The notes beneath the pieces are model-generated. The model searched no databases. It had not been told where the DNA came from and saw only the letters and a list, made by a program, of their open reading frames with translations. A stretch of 64,000 nt of DNA, taken from Clostridiales bacterium. Lineage in GTDB: Bacteria > Bacillota > Dehalobacteriia > UBA4068. The stretch covers positions 1,720,610 through 1,784,609 of the forward strand of contig JAXGOI010000001.1 of NCBI GenBank assembly GCA_040767605.1, read 5' to 3'. Below, in pieces: positions 46,196-55,940 of this stretch. How positions within the stretch are numbered: position 1 is the first letter of the stretch; every line of letters starts with the position of its first letter. Made by a program: the position numbers and the translations under genes.

Positions 46196-48382
46196 GTGGC
46201 GGATAATTTTGGACTCAAGATTGGTATTGAAGGAGAAAAAGAATTTAAAAATTCCCTTCGTGACATTAACCAGTCCTTCAAGGTATTAGGGAGTGAAATG
46301 AAACTTGTTTCTTCGGAGTTTGATAAGCAGGATAAGTCTGTAGCGGCTGTTACAGCACGTAATGAAGTTTTAAATAAGGCCATCGAAGCACAGAAAGATA
46401 AAATCTCTACCCTTGAATCTGCCTTAAAAAATGCTGCTGATAGCTTCGGTGAAAATGACCGCCGTACCCAGAACTGGGCAGTTCAGCTTAACAATGCCAA
46501 AGCCGAACTCAACGGTATGGAGCGTGAACTGGATGAAACAACTGACAGCACTGAAGACCTCGGTGATGAACTGAAAGAAACAGGCGATGAAGCTGAGAAA
46601 TCTGGGGATAAGTTTGAAAAGCTAGGCGGTGTACTAAAAGGTGTCGGTGCCGCAATGGGTGCAGTCGCTATTGCGGCAGGAGCTGCTGCTGTCAAGTTAG
46701 GTAAAGAAGTCATTGCCGCATATGCTGATTATGAGCAATTGGTTGGTGGTGTGGATACCCTCTTTGGTGATTCATCTCAAACTGTGCAGAATTATGCAGC
46801 GAATGCTTTCAAAACAGCAGGGATGTCTGCTAATGAATATATGGAAACTGTTACGGGATTTTCGGCTAGCTTGATTCAATCCCTAGGTGGCGATACAGCT
46901 AAGGCAGCGGAAGTTGCGGATATGGCCATCACGGACATGGCGGACAATGCTAATAAAATGGGTACAGATCTGTCCTCCATTCAAACGGCCTACCAGGGTT
47001 TTGCAAAGCAGAATTACACTATGTTGGACAACCTCAAGTTAGGGTATGGCGGTACGAAATCTGAAATGGAACGGCTACTTGCTGATGCCGAGAAAATCTC
47101 AGGTATTAAGTATGACCTCACTTCTTTTTCAGATTTGACCGAAGCCATCCATGTTATTCAAACCGAAATGGGCATTACTGGTACCACTGCTTTGGAAGCC
47201 ACTGAGACTATTAGCGGCTCTATATCTGGGATGCAGTCAGCAATCGATAACCTGATGGCAGGACTAGGTAATGCTGACGCAGATATTGAAATGCTCATTG
47301 GGAATGTAGTCGAATCATTCCAGCATGTTGTAAAAAATGTTGTACCTATTATTGAAAATATCGTTAAAGCTCTTCCGGCTGCTCTTGATGGAATACTTAT
47401 AGCAATCGGCGACTTGTTACCGACTCTGCTCTCAACAGTGGTCAACTTATTTACGCAGATACTTGAAACAATTCTTAGCCTTTTGCCTGAACTCATCCCC
47501 GCCGCTGTGGATGCAGTGCTAACCATTGTGGGAGCACTGATTGATAACTTGCCTTTACTCATTGATGCAGCAGTACAGTTAATCACGGCTCTTGTAGAAG
47601 GGCTAGGATTGGCTCTTCCTGAATTGATCCCTGCGGCAGTAGAAGCGATCATAACCATCGTGCAGGGTCTTTTGGACAGTATGGATCAAATCCTTGAAGC
47701 AGCTTTTGCCATTATACAAGGATTAGCTCAGGGCTTATTGAACGCCCTGCCTCAGTTAATCGATGCACTTCCCGAAGTAATCATGACTATCATTAACTTT
47801 ATTACAAATAACCTGCCCCTCATCATTGAGATGGGTGTTAAACTCACTGTTCAGCTTGCCTTTGGGCTCATAAAAGCCATCCCACAGCTTGTGGCAAGGT
47901 TACCGGAAATAATTGCAGCAATTGTAACTGGACTCGGTAAAGCGGTGAGTGCGGTATTTGAAATTGGGCAAAACATTGTGACTGGACTGTGGAACGGGAT
48001 TAAATCCCTCGGATCTTGGATTTCTGATAAAGTAGGTGGATTCTTTTCTGGCATTGTGGACGGAGCAAAAAACCTACTAGGTATCCGTTCTCCCTCTCTG
48101 GTATTTGCGGGGATTGGTGAAAACATGGGTTTGGGAATTGGTGAAGGATTCACCTCTGCCATGAAGGGTGTGGAAAAAGATATCACCGATTCTATACCTA
48201 CCGATTTTGACCTTGATATGAATGCCAATATCCATCGGTCAATGAATGATACAGCAATGAACACGAAAAGACTCGTGGAGCATACGGGCATTATTCGCGT
48301 GGAAGGAATCAATTCTAGTGGTGAAATGTCTTCAGTAGTGGATATCATCATCAACCAGCTTAGACAGGAGGTGCGTGTATGA
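46196..48382 (+). CDS. Tail tape measure protein
   Basis: 728 aa. Coiled-coil N-terminus, Ala/Gly-rich hydrophobic central repeats, position downstream of G/GT. Confidence 0.85.
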   Translation: MADNFGLKIGIEGEKEFKNSLRDINQSFKVLGSEMKLVSSEFDKQDKSVAAVTARNEVLNKAIEAQKDKISTLESALKNAADSFGENDRRTQNWAVQLNNAKAELNGMERELDETTDSTEDLGDELKETGDEAEKSGDKFEKLGGVLKGVGAAMGAVAIAAGAAAVKLGKEVIAAYADYEQLVGGVDTLFGDSSQTVQNYAANAFKTAGMSANEYMETVTGFSASLIQSLGGDTAKAAEVADMAITDMADNANKMGTDLSSIQTAYQGFAKQNYTMLDNLKLGYGGTKSEMERLLADAEKISGIKYDLTSFSDLTEAIHVIQTEMGITGTTALEATETISGSISGMQSAIDNLMAGLGNADADIEMLIGNVVESFQHVVKNVVPIIENIVKALPAALDGILIAIGDLLPTLLSTVVNLFTQILETILSLLPELIPAAVDAVLTIVGALIDNLPLLIDAAVQLITALVEGLGLALPELIPAAVEAIITIVQGLLDSMDQILEAAFAIIQGLAQGLLNALPQLIDALPEVIMTIINFITNNLPLIIEMGVKLTVQLAFGLIKAIPQLVARLPEIIAAIVTGLGKAVSAVFEIGQNIVTGLWNGIKSLGSWISDKVGGFFSGIVDGAKNLLGIRSPSLVFAGIGENMGLGIGEGFTSAMKGVEKDITDSIPTDFDLDMNANIHRSMNDTAMNTKRLVEHTGIIRVEGINSSGEMSSVVDIIINQLRQEVRV

Positions 48383-48726
48383 CATACTTAAAGTATAAGG
48401 ATACGAATATGTTCATCACGCGCTTTGTTAGCTTTCGTAAAACGCAGGATGTAATCCGTACGGTGCAGGTTGCCCTTGACGGCACAGAATATCTGACTCG
48501 TTTTGGCTCACCTACCGTACATTATGAACTGACTCTCTATGTAGATGAGAAAGGAAAAACATTACTGATGGAAGCTGAGAATATTGTTTCTTTACTTGAA
48601 TGCTCTGTCAAACAGGGTATTTTCACCGGTCGAATCATTGAACTTGGCTCTTTCGAGTATCTTGCCGCAGGCTGGTATAAGGTTATAGCCACTCTAGCAG
48701 CAACTAGCGAGGTGAGAGGTCCATGA
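48379..48726 (+). CDS. Hypothetical tail protein
   Basis: 115 aa between the TMP and Dit. Confidence 0.35.
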   Translation: MTYLKYKDTNMFITRFVSFRKTQDVIRTVQVALDGTEYLTRFGSPTVHYELTLYVDEKGKTLLMEAENIVSLLECSVKQGIFTGRIIELGSFEYLAAGWYKVIATLAATSEVRGP

Positions 48727-50126
48727 GAAGCATTCCCGTTGCGTTAAAGGAAAAGTTATTTAATCGGTTTAAGGTTGAAAACACGGACAGCATGACGAAG
48801 CTTCGGGTTGTAGCGACACAGACCTCTATCAACTCCCTTCTTTCTGAACCGATTCATGAGGATATTGCTTCAGGCTTTGGAGATGTAGCTGTACGTCAAA
48901 TGGCAGGAGAAGTTGATTTATCTCTTGCCTATGCCATTTGCCTAGATGATGGCATAGCCAACATATACAAACGAAAATTCCCTGCAGGACTGGAGTACCC
49001 TTGGGAACACCAATGGACTCTTGGTCCAGCAACTGATGTAGCAATTGAATTTAACGGTATGTGGAAAATGAATGCCGAAAAAGAATGGTATTACCTACAA
49101 ACTGAGGAACACCCATATATATTCTATGTAAGAAACGGGAACCTCTATGTTCAGTTCTGGAAAGATAATAAGACAGTGACTCTTCTTGCTACTGGTGTTT
49201 GTCAAATATCGGCCTGCAAGGGCTGGCAGTCCAGTGTTGACCAGGATTTAGATCAGGGGCTAATCATCGGATACCTAAAAGGAGGTTTGGTGTATTACCG
49301 TGCCTTTTGCTGTCAGAACAATGGCACTTATGTATGGGAGCCAGAGCATGAAGTATCTGCACTTGGTACGGGAAATGTAACCCTATCGGTTTTCCGCACC
49401 AATGATTTTCGTATTGGATTTCTGACACAAAACAACGGCAGGATGCGTCTTGCATTAACGCACCGTAATTATGCTGGGATGAGTGTCCGGCCTGAGACTG
49501 TTCACGTCAATGCAAGCAATATGAGGATGTGGATGTCGGACATTCATGAAATGGATGTACTGAAGAAGGAATATTCATCTATAAGGAATACACACCCTTA
49601 CCTACTTTTGGATGAGCCTGGATCGGAGGAATTATCTGTTATCTCTGTTGAAAAGTTGAACAGAACCGATACTTTTTATTGTTATGGTTTTAAGATGCGA
49701 CTTTCAAAGCCCTTGTTTGGAAGTGTTGACGCAGGGTTTCCTGTAAAATGTGCACTTTCCGTTTCCGGAGTGAAGATTACCGAAGCGCTCTATGACAGCG
49801 TGGAGCAGTCAATTGTCCTCTATACAAATGCCGATATTCGCAGAACAACTCCGGTAACCATTACCATGCCAGAATACCGTTCACTCTGGTATCACAAGCT
49901 GGGTGAACAGAGGTGGTTTCTGCCCGCGTTGAGTGCAATTGCTGAGGCGGAAACTTTTGATTATTACACTAATGAAAACGAAACAGCGAACATCTCGACC
50001 ATTTCATCAGCTGCATGGATTGATGAGGCAGTTTTCTCTTGGTATGACCAAGAACCGTGTGCAGCGTTGATTGAAATTTCATCAACGACAGTACAACTAC
50101 AGCCTGTTTCAACATTACCGATTTAG
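48723..50126 (+). CDS. Distal tail protein (Dit)-like
   Basis: 467 aa directly after the TMP. Synteny. Confidence 0.55.
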   Translation: MRSIPVALKEKLFNRFKVENTDSMTKLRVVATQTSINSLLSEPIHEDIASGFGDVAVRQMAGEVDLSLAYAICLDDGIANIYKRKFPAGLEYPWEHQWTLGPATDVAIEFNGMWKMNAEKEWYYLQTEEHPYIFYVRNGNLYVQFWKDNKTVTLLATGVCQISACKGWQSSVDQDLDQGLIIGYLKGGLVYYRAFCCQNNGTYVWEPEHEVSALGTGNVTLSVFRTNDFRIGFLTQNNGRMRLALTHRNYAGMSVRPETVHVNASNMRMWMSDIHEMDVLKKEYSSIRNTHPYLLLDEPGSEELSVISVEKLNRTDTFYCYGFKMRLSKPLFGSVDAGFPVKCALSVSGVKITEALYDSVEQSIVLYTNADIRRTTPVTITMPEYRSLWYHKLGEQRWFLPALSAIAEAETFDYYTNENETANISTISSAAWIDEAVFSWYDQEPCAALIEISSTTVQLQPVSTLPI

Positions 50127-50137
50127 GAGGTTTCTAA

Positions 50138-52426
50138 ATGAAGATACAAGAAAAGACCACACTTCACAATCGCTTTGACGTGAAAGTGGTGGATGCAAAC
50201 AGTGGCAAAGTGAAGCAGACCGCCGTGGCATACAATGTTATTACAAACTACTATTTTAATTGTAGGTTGACGGGTTCACCTTTAAGTAAGACGTCAGACC
50301 TTTTTAGATATATTGCTATTGGTACAGGAACAGGCACTCCAGCCATTACAGATACAGCGCTGTTTAACCACTTGGCACGAAAAAGCGTAACCACACTTGA
50401 AACAGTTTATGATTATCCGACTTCGTACACGACTAAACAAATCAAGTTGGAAGCAACTGAATGCAATGGGTCCACCATTACCGAAGTGGCACTTGAAGGT
50501 TATTACAAAGGGACATTCAATACCAATTACTACATCATGTCCCATGCCATGCTTCAAGATTCGGAAGGGAATCAAATTGCTATTGCCAAAACCGACACAG
50601 ATGTGGTGTATATTACGGCTACCTTTTATGCCACCTATACTCCTTCCGGTTTTGGTACAAACGGAATCTACCCTAAACCAGAAAACAATTATCTGGTAAG
50701 GTGGCTACTCACTGGCAGTACGGATAGTGATGTACGCTTCTCCCGTTTCCCAGCAGAGTATTCCTCAGATATGATTTTAAAGTATCATGGGAGTAAAAGT
50801 TATACTTTCAGTAATGGTGTGGGTAATACTGAAACCTATCAATACGATTTGCCCATTGTGACATTCCTAGATAATGAGGGCAATAATCGCCTTGTGAAAC
50901 ATTTAGGGATAGCTGGTGTTGGGGCATTTACCTTCCCGAATCACGAAGTTTTCCCTCCATATCAAGTAAATCAAATTGTAATTGGTGAAGGGGATGGAGA
51001 AACAGTGGAGTTTGATATCAAAGCTCCTCTAATACAGGCAGGCACAGCAAGGGTGTTTTTAGATGGAGAGGAACTGACCGAAGGAATCGACTTCGTTTTG
51101 GATTATGAAAACAACTGCGGTGACTGGTATGAGAATTACCATTCGGCGGCGCTGACTTGCAAGGATGCGGGGATATCCTTTGGAGACCTTGCATCAAAAA
51201 CTCCATACTCAGGCCGTAATTATCGAGACCCTATCGCTTGGTGGAATTGCTATGACGATGCATTGTATCCTTCCTCCTGTACTGTTAACGATGAAAATCC
51301 GATAAAGATTGATTTTGGAACTGCTAAAGCTTGTAACACACTAAAGATTGATATTCTAACCGTTCCTTCTGCAAGGCTTGATACACTTAAAATCCAGTAT
51401 TCAACAAACGACTCTGTCTGGACAGATGTAGAGAGCCTTTCAAGGACAGGTCAAGTTTGGAAATTTAAAGAAGTAGCTGCAAGGTACTGGAGAGTATTTT
51501 TAAGTGGCGAAGGGAATGCCACTGTTGTAGTGACTTCAAGCGGGATGTCAGGTTCTCCGATTACCTTATCTGTTCCCGTTGAGTCATCTGATACGGCTGA
51601 TGTCGTGGCAGAAAAGATAAAAACGACCATTGAAAATAATGAAAGTATTACAGCTATGTATGATGTATCAGTTATGGATGCGGATGTAATCTTAACAGCA
51701 AAAGAATCTGTTGCTAATGTGTCCAATCTCAATATCGCATTATCAAGTGGCACCAGCACAGGGCTTACCACCGTTTCAAACTCGGCAAACACAGTTGCTG
51801 GTGTAGCTCCTGTAAAACAGCAGGAGCATATTTATGTGACAGGTACCATTGGAACGGCGGGAAATGCGACGGTTGTGGTTACGGCTGAGGGGATAGAAAA
51901 CTCACCGATCACTCTTTTGGTGCCAGTTGCAAGTGGGGATTCAGCTGCAACGGTTGCTGATAAGGTCAATTTGGCACTTGCGGAAAGCAATGATATCACC
52001 AACTTCTTTACCATCAGTCCTACCAATGGCAGATATGTTCGTCTGACCGCCAAAGTGGCTGAGGCTAATGATCCCACCTTCAACATCAGCATTGCAAACG
52101 ACACCTGTACTGGTCTGACTGCCATACCAAACTCCACGGTTGACAAAGTAGGAAATCCTGGAACAAAGCAGGTAGAAACATTAACCGTGGCAGGCAGGGT
52201 CAGCTACAACTGGACATATAATTTGTATTATCAGAGTTTTCCCTTAAGAGACGGACAAAGTTTCGGCACGACATTATTTTTAGGTAAAACCGTTCAGGGT
52301 CTTAAGTTTATCGAACCTCCTTCGACAGGTGCGGCAATCACTGCCAGTTATGCCCTGGAGTACCCCTTTAAAACTGAAAACAATCTACTTCGCTTTACCT
52401 GCTCGATTCAGTTGCAAAGAGGGTGA
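50138..52426 (+). CDS. Tail-associated/receptor-binding protein with internal tandem repeats
   Basis: 762 aa. Two ~115-aa tandem repeats (GNATVVVTxxG...SPITLxVPV...). Position after Dit. Confidence 0.55.
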   Translation: MKIQEKTTLHNRFDVKVVDANSGKVKQTAVAYNVITNYYFNCRLTGSPLSKTSDLFRYIAIGTGTGTPAITDTALFNHLARKSVTTLETVYDYPTSYTTKQIKLEATECNGSTITEVALEGYYKGTFNTNYYIMSHAMLQDSEGNQIAIAKTDTDVVYITATFYATYTPSGFGTNGIYPKPENNYLVRWLLTGSTDSDVRFSRFPAEYSSDMILKYHGSKSYTFSNGVGNTETYQYDLPIVTFLDNEGNNRLVKHLGIAGVGAFTFPNHEVFPPYQVNQIVIGEGDGETVEFDIKAPLIQAGTARVFLDGEELTEGIDFVLDYENNCGDWYENYHSAALTCKDAGISFGDLASKTPYSGRNYRDPIAWWNCYDDALYPSSCTVNDENPIKIDFGTAKACNTLKIDILTVPSARLDTLKIQYSTNDSVWTDVESLSRTGQVWKFKEVAARYWRVFLSGEGNATVVVTSSGMSGSPITLSVPVESSDTADVVAEKIKTTIENNESITAMYDVSVMDADVILTAKESVANVSNLNIALSSGTSTGLTTVSNSANTVAGVAPVKQQEHIYVTGTIGTAGNATVVVTAEGIENSPITLLVPVASGDSAATVADKVNLALAESNDITNFFTISPTNGRYVRLTAKVAEANDPTFNISIANDTCTGLTAIPNSTVDKVGNPGTKQVETLTVAGRVSYNWTYNLYYQSFPLRDGQSFGTTLFLGKTVQGLKFIEPPSTGAAITASYALEYPFKTENNLLRFTCSIQLQRG

Positions 52427-52430
52427 TACC

Positions 52431-53759
52431 ATGGAGTTAACATTTGAATATACCCTTGATGCCGGAGCAGGATTATTTCCCCAGGTGATTCACACCTCAG
52501 ATAATATGCTCCGTTTTATATATCTTACTCCTGACGGAACGGTTGAAGGCACGACCACTGACCCTGTATTGGGTCTATATGGAGATTTGAACTATAAGGG
52601 TTCAGGTAGGATTTCACCTGATGAAGAGGTGTCCTATCCGAGCATAAAAAAAGTGGCGCACTATGGAGCATATGGGTTCTGGAGTGCTGAGGGCGATCAT
52701 CGTTTTGTGATGTATATGTTGCCTACTGATATCAGTAATTCCTTTGTGGATGGCTCGATAAAATATGGTGTTGGCAGTGAGGTCTCTCATCTGTCTTGTA
52801 CACTATTGAATATCAAAGGAACAGTACTCAATCGCTATCGTGCATTGGTTACCCCCGGAACGAAGATGGAATTATATTTTTCTCTTGGCAACAGCGGTGA
52901 AATACCTCTTGGTATTTTTTATATCGATAGAGCTTCAATTTCTTATCCAGAGGAAAAAGTATCGATATCTGCCCGCAATGCCATCGGGAAATTACTGAAG
53001 GAGCAGACTTTTGACGAGTACAACAACTTCGATGAAACAACGCTCCAATTAAACTTTAATGAAGTTCTCCGTCTAGCAGAGGTGGAGAATTTTTTTGTTG
53101 GCGAAAATGATAAAACATGGAAACTACGCTTCGAACCTGATGTTTCGATTCTTGATGGAATCAAGCAGGTCATCTCGCTACTTGATGGGTGGAAGGTTGA
53201 TGAAACGGCGGCAGGTGTAATTGGTGTAGCGAAGGTTAGTGATGTTCGTTTTGACCAGCCAGACGTGTATACCTTTGAGCGAGATAAAACATGTTGGAGC
53301 TACAGCGTAGAGTATGACGATTCAGAAGCAGTCAGCAGGGTCTGTGTCACCTGTTCTGAACCGAAAAACACGGTCTATGCCAATGTACCGAGAAGCAAAT
53401 GGTGGATACAGCCTTCTCATAGAACTATTTATATCACAGCTGCTGATGGAGCATCCCTTGCTGAAATTACAAATATGGCCGAGGAACTGGCTAAGATCAT
53501 CGCAATCTCTGGTAGGCAAGAGAGCTTTGTTGGTATCTTTACGCCTCAGCTTACCATTGGTGATGAAGTTGAACTCATCATCGATACTAAGACTGAAACA
53601 ATTGGAACAGTAGTGGATGTGACTCACAGCTTTGGTAGGGGTGGTTTTTATACAGCATTTACCGTAGATAGCGGCGGGCGAAAGGGTAAGTCGCGTCTTT
53701 CGGACTTGATTGGAGAAGTATCAAAGAAAAGTAATTTGTCCGGAGTGACAATTTATTAA
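52431..53759 (+). CDS. Tail fibre/baseplate protein
   Basis: 442 aa starting MELTFEYTLD after an AGAGGGTG RBS. Last structural gene before the holin. Confidence 0.5.
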   Translation: MELTFEYTLDAGAGLFPQVIHTSDNMLRFIYLTPDGTVEGTTTDPVLGLYGDLNYKGSGRISPDEEVSYPSIKKVAHYGAYGFWSAEGDHRFVMYMLPTDISNSFVDGSIKYGVGSEVSHLSCTLLNIKGTVLNRYRALVTPGTKMELYFSLGNSGEIPLGIFYIDRASISYPEEKVSISARNAIGKLLKEQTFDEYNNFDETTLQLNFNEVLRLAEVENFFVGENDKTWKLRFEPDVSILDGIKQVISLLDGWKVDETAAGVIGVAKVSDVRFDQPDVYTFERDKTCWSYSVEYDDSEAVSRVCVTCSEPKNTVYANVPRSKWWIQPSHRTIYITAADGASLAEITNMAEELAKIIAISGRQESFVGIFTPQLTIGDEVELIIDTKTETIGTVVDVTHSFGRGGFYTAFTVDSGGRKGKSRLSDLIGEVSKKSNLSGVTIY

Positions 53760-53773
53760 AGGAGGAATTATAA

Positions 53774-54181
53774 ATGAAAGAAATATGGAACTGGATCCAA
53801 GTTGTGATAACAGCAATCGGTGGATTCTTTGGATGGTTTTTAGGAGGAGCAGATGGCTTTTTATATGCGCTACTAGTCTTTGTAGTTATCGACTATCTAA
53901 CAGGTGTCTTATGTGCAATCGCTGATAAGACCCTATCAAGTGAAGTGGGATTTATTGGAATCAGCCGTAAAGTGCTGATTTTTGTTTTAGTGGGTGTAGC
54001 CAATATTTTAGACGTTTATGTGATTGGTGATGGGAGCGTACTAAGAACAGCGATTGTTTTCTTCTATCTATCAAATGAGGGAATTTCGCTGTTAGAAAAT
54101 TCAGCTCACCTTGGACTACCGATCCCAGAGAAACTAAAAGATGTATTAAAGCAGCTCCATAAAAAGAACGAGGAGGAATAA
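53774..54181 (+). CDS. Holin (TcdE/phage_holin_4-like)
   Basis: 135 aa with three TM segments and a charged C-terminus. Immediately upstream of the endolysin. Confidence 0.75.
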   Translation: MKEIWNWIQVVITAIGGFFGWFLGGADGFLYALLVFVVIDYLTGVLCAIADKTLSSEVGFIGISRKVLIFVLVGVANILDVYVIGDGSVLRTAIVFFYLSNEGISLLENSAHLGLPIPEKLKDVLKQLHKKNEEE

Positions 54182-54183
54182 TC

Positions 54184-55122
54184 ATGAAAACTACAGGAAT
54201 TGATATTAGTACGTGGCAAAAACCAAGTCAGATTAACTATGACCAACTTGCAAAAGAAGTTGATTTTGTCATCCTTCGAGCAGGATATACGGGCCACGGT
54301 ACAGGAGTAAGTTTGCACAAGGATGATGCCTTTGAACAACACTATAAAGCCTTTCACGAGAGAGGTATTCCTATCGGTGTTTACTGGTACAGCTGTGCCA
54401 ATACCAAAACCAAGGGCATAGCAGAAGCGAAGAAATGCCTGGAAATTATCAAAGGCAAGACCATCTCCTACCCTGTATTTATTGATACAGAGGATAATTA
54501 TCACCAGCGACCAAGTGGCAAGAAAGCCATTACCGATGCGTTAGTAGGCTTTTGTGAAACCGTAGAAAATGCTGGCTATTATGCCGGCATCTATGCGTCT
54601 AGTTCTTGGTTTCAAGATTTAACAGAACTGGATCGTCTAGAACCTTATGATTTCTGGGTCGCTCAGTGGTCCAGTAAAGAACCGACTCTTCGTCATGGTA
54701 TCTGGCAGTACACAAGCAAAGGTAAACTAAGTGGTTACTCAGGAAACTTAGACATGAACTATGCCTATAAAGATTACAAAGCGATTATCCAAAGTGCAGG
54801 GCTTAATCATCTTGGTAAAGAAGAAAATATACCTGCTCCTACAGAAAAGAAATCGGTTGAGACGCTGGCCAAGGAAGTCATTCAAGGCTTGTGGGGTAAT
54901 GGTGAAGAACGAAAGAAACGTTTAACGGATGCAGGCTATGATTATGTGGCAGTGCAATCAAAGGTCAATGAAATGCTATCTAGTAAAAAGTCTATTGATG
55001 CCATCGCAAAAGAAGTCATTCGTGGCGATTGGGGTAACGGACAAGATCGAAAAAACAAACTTACAAATGCCGGTTATGACTATATTTCAGTACAAAAAAG
55101 GGTCAATGAACTCTTGAAATAA
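54184..55122 (+). CDS. Endolysin: GH25 muramidase with two CW_7 cell-wall-binding repeats
   Basis: N-terminal GIDISTWQ...VDFVILRAGY GH25 signature. Two C-terminal repeats, GLWGNGEERKKRLTDAGYDYVAVQSKVNEML and GDWGNGQDRKNKLTNAGYDYISVQKRVNELL (Cpl-7-type). Confidence 0.85.
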   Translation: MKTTGIDISTWQKPSQINYDQLAKEVDFVILRAGYTGHGTGVSLHKDDAFEQHYKAFHERGIPIGVYWYSCANTKTKGIAEAKKCLEIIKGKTISYPVFIDTEDNYHQRPSGKKAITDALVGFCETVENAGYYAGIYASSSWFQDLTELDRLEPYDFWVAQWSSKEPTLRHGIWQYTSKGKLSGYSGNLDMNYAYKDYKAIIQSAGLNHLGKEENIPAPTEKKSVETLAKEVIQGLWGNGEERKKRLTDAGYDYVAVQSKVNEMLSSKKSIDAIAKEVIRGDWGNGQDRKNKLTNAGYDYISVQKRVNELLK

Positions 55123-55209
55123 GAAGTATCAAAAATGCTTATTGTACACTTTGCATATATTGAAAGTGACTAGAAATAAACTCAAAAATTCTATTTAATC
55201 TCAAAAAGA

Positions 55210-55262
55210 AAACCTGTGAAATCAATCTTTGTTATGGACTGATTTCACAGGTTTTAAATTAT
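55210..55262 (+). terminator. Rho-independent terminator after the lysis cassette
   Basis: AAAACCTGTGAAATCA...TGATTTCACAGGTTTT 16-bp stem followed by a T-run. Confidence 0.8.
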
Positions 55263-55564
55263 TTAGGGTTTATTTCCTAGTCCCAACCAATGAAATCAAT
55301 GAGTTTTTAACGACGTTCTTCAAGCTCTATCCTACAGCGACAGCCAGTGAACTTTCCTACTATGTGAATGACGGGATATTAAAACCAATCGGAAAAGAGT
55401 ACATCTTTCAAGAACTGGTAAATCCTATTCACAATCGTAAGGATAATCAAGTCACGGTATCGCTGACAGTGGAGTATATCGACCAGCAGACCAAAGCAAC
55501 GCAGGTATCTCAATTTGATTTGGTACTTGAAAAGAACGGGAGTAATTGGAAGATTATAGAATAA
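55229..55564 (+). pseudogene. Probable 3' remnant of Tn916 orf13
   Basis: The ORF begins inside the lysin terminator and lacks a credible start. Its position matches the gene upstream of orf12 in Tn916. Not verified by alignment. Confidence 0.3.
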
Positions 55565-55838
55565 CAAATATTGGTACATTATTACAGCTATTTTGTAATC
55601 ACGTACTCTCTTTGATAAAAAATTGGAGATTCCTTTACAAATATGCTCTTACGTGCTATTATTTAAGTATCTATTTAAAAGGAGTTAATAAATATGCGGC
55701 AAGGTATTCTTAAATAAACTGTCAATTTGATAGTGGGAACAAATAATTGGATGTCCTTTTTTAGGAGGGCTTAGTTTTTTGTACCCAGTTTAAGAATACC
55801 TTTATCATGTGATTCTAAAGTATCCGGAGAATATCTGT

Positions 55839-55925
55839 ATGCTTTGTATGCCTATGGTTATGCATAAAAATCCCAGTGATAAGAGTATTTATCACTGGGA
55901 TTTTTATGCCCTTTTGGGCTTTTGA
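55839..55925 (+). CDS. tet(M) leader peptide (Tn916 orf12, 28 aa)
   Basis: MLCMPMVMHKNPSDKSIYHWDFYALLGF, directly upstream of tet(M). It contains the attenuator hairpin CCCAGTGATAA-gagta-TTATCACTGGG plus T5 at 55872-55905. Confidence 0.8.
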   Translation: MLCMPMVMHKNPSDKSIYHWDFYALLGF

Positions 55926-55940
55926 ATGGAGGAAAATCAC

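Noticed and set aside
46062-46289. 75-aa ORF between the tail chaperone and the tape measure
   Set aside because: It overlaps the -1 frameshift extension (GT product) and the TMP start. The slippery-site interpretation explains this region better.
55643-55666. 7-codon ATG ORF (MLLRAII) upstream of the tet(M) leader
   Set aside because: Too short. The functional leader is the 28-codon orf12 at 55839-55925, which contains the attenuator.
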